From Candidatus Babeliales bacterium (lineage in GTDB: Bacteria; Babelota; Babeliae; Babelales; JACPOV01): a DNA stretch of 64,000 nt. The notes beneath the pieces were generated by a model, which was not told where the DNA came from, did not search any database, and saw nothing but the letters and a program-made list of their open reading frames with translations. Positions 63,696-64,000 of the stretch are shown here, piece after piece. The translations under genes and the position numbers were made by a program. Each line of letters opens with the position of its first letter. Position 1 is the first letter of the stretch. The DNA is taken from positions 60,652 to 124,651 of the forward strand of contig JAGVLQ010000004.1 in the NCBI GenBank assembly GCA_020054235.1, read 5' to 3'.

Positions 63696-64000
63696 AAAAG
63701 CTTCCTTGTTTCCTCTTTATATGATTCTACATTCGGTTGATTAAAAGGATCTATCTGCAACATAGAACCTAAATAAACAATTTCAAGCATATACAATTGC
63801 ATAAGCTGCCCAATATAATACGGCGATAATCTGGGCAATACAAGAGAACAAAAAGGACGTTTATTTTTTTTATAAGCAATTTTTACCCCCTCCAAAATTG
63901 CATGCATTATTGCAGCTAAAGATTTACCTTGAATTTTTGAAACCAATTTATCAAATTTTGCCAATTTTGGTACGGAAATAGCTTGATTCCATGTATCAAC
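63692..64000 (-). CDS. pgi: Glucose-6-phosphate isomerase, C-terminal part (partial, runs off the window)
   Basis: The frame is open to the window edge (VDTWNQAISVPKLAKFDK...). The C-terminal pattern YIGQLMQLYMLEIVYLGSMLQIDPFNQPNVESYKEE matches the PGI tail. The stop overlaps the zwf start by 4 nt. Confidence 0.7.
   Translation of the reverse strand, partial: VDTWNQAISVPKLAKFDKLVSKIQGKSLAAIMHAILEGVKIAYKKNKRPFCSLVLPRLSPYYIGQLMQLYMLEIVYLGSMLQIDPFNQPNVESYKEETRKLL

Overview
AT-rich, gene-dense bacterial chromosome segment using the standard code (TAA, TAG and TGA all end clear genes). About 70 coding regions; I saw no rRNA, tRNA or CRISPR. The housekeeping backbone is recognisable from motifs: rsmA, mreB, glmU, sbcD, comF, pgpA, lspA, pheT, trhO, murB, yhhQ-tgt, mraY, mnmG, lgt-dnaG-rpoD, an SPFH/NfeD pair, tkt and pgi-zwf-gnd. 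Between these lie many signal-peptide ORFans and eukaryote-like proteins: three ankyrin-repeat paralogs, a complete USP-type deubiquitinase, an F-box-like protein, a Vps62-like protein and a Sel1-like fusion. That mix suggests an obligately host-associated, protist-infecting lineage, possibly Dependentiae/TM6-like; this is inference only. The strongest candidate for an undescribed system is a six-gene tandem operon (7316-11615) of paralogous secreted proteins sharing a domain I cannot assign to any family. Other notable signals: (1) a roughly 48-nt hairpin repeat family in inverted doublets at three loci, with compensatory stem changes, two of which bracket a truncated ComEC-like gene; (2) a Doc toxin gene with an in-frame TAA; (3) a GH3 nagZ-like gene split at a T7 run; (4) a translationally coupled yhhQ-tgt pair with an altered Tgt substrate pocket. 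All family calls come from reading motifs by eye. No database search was run.
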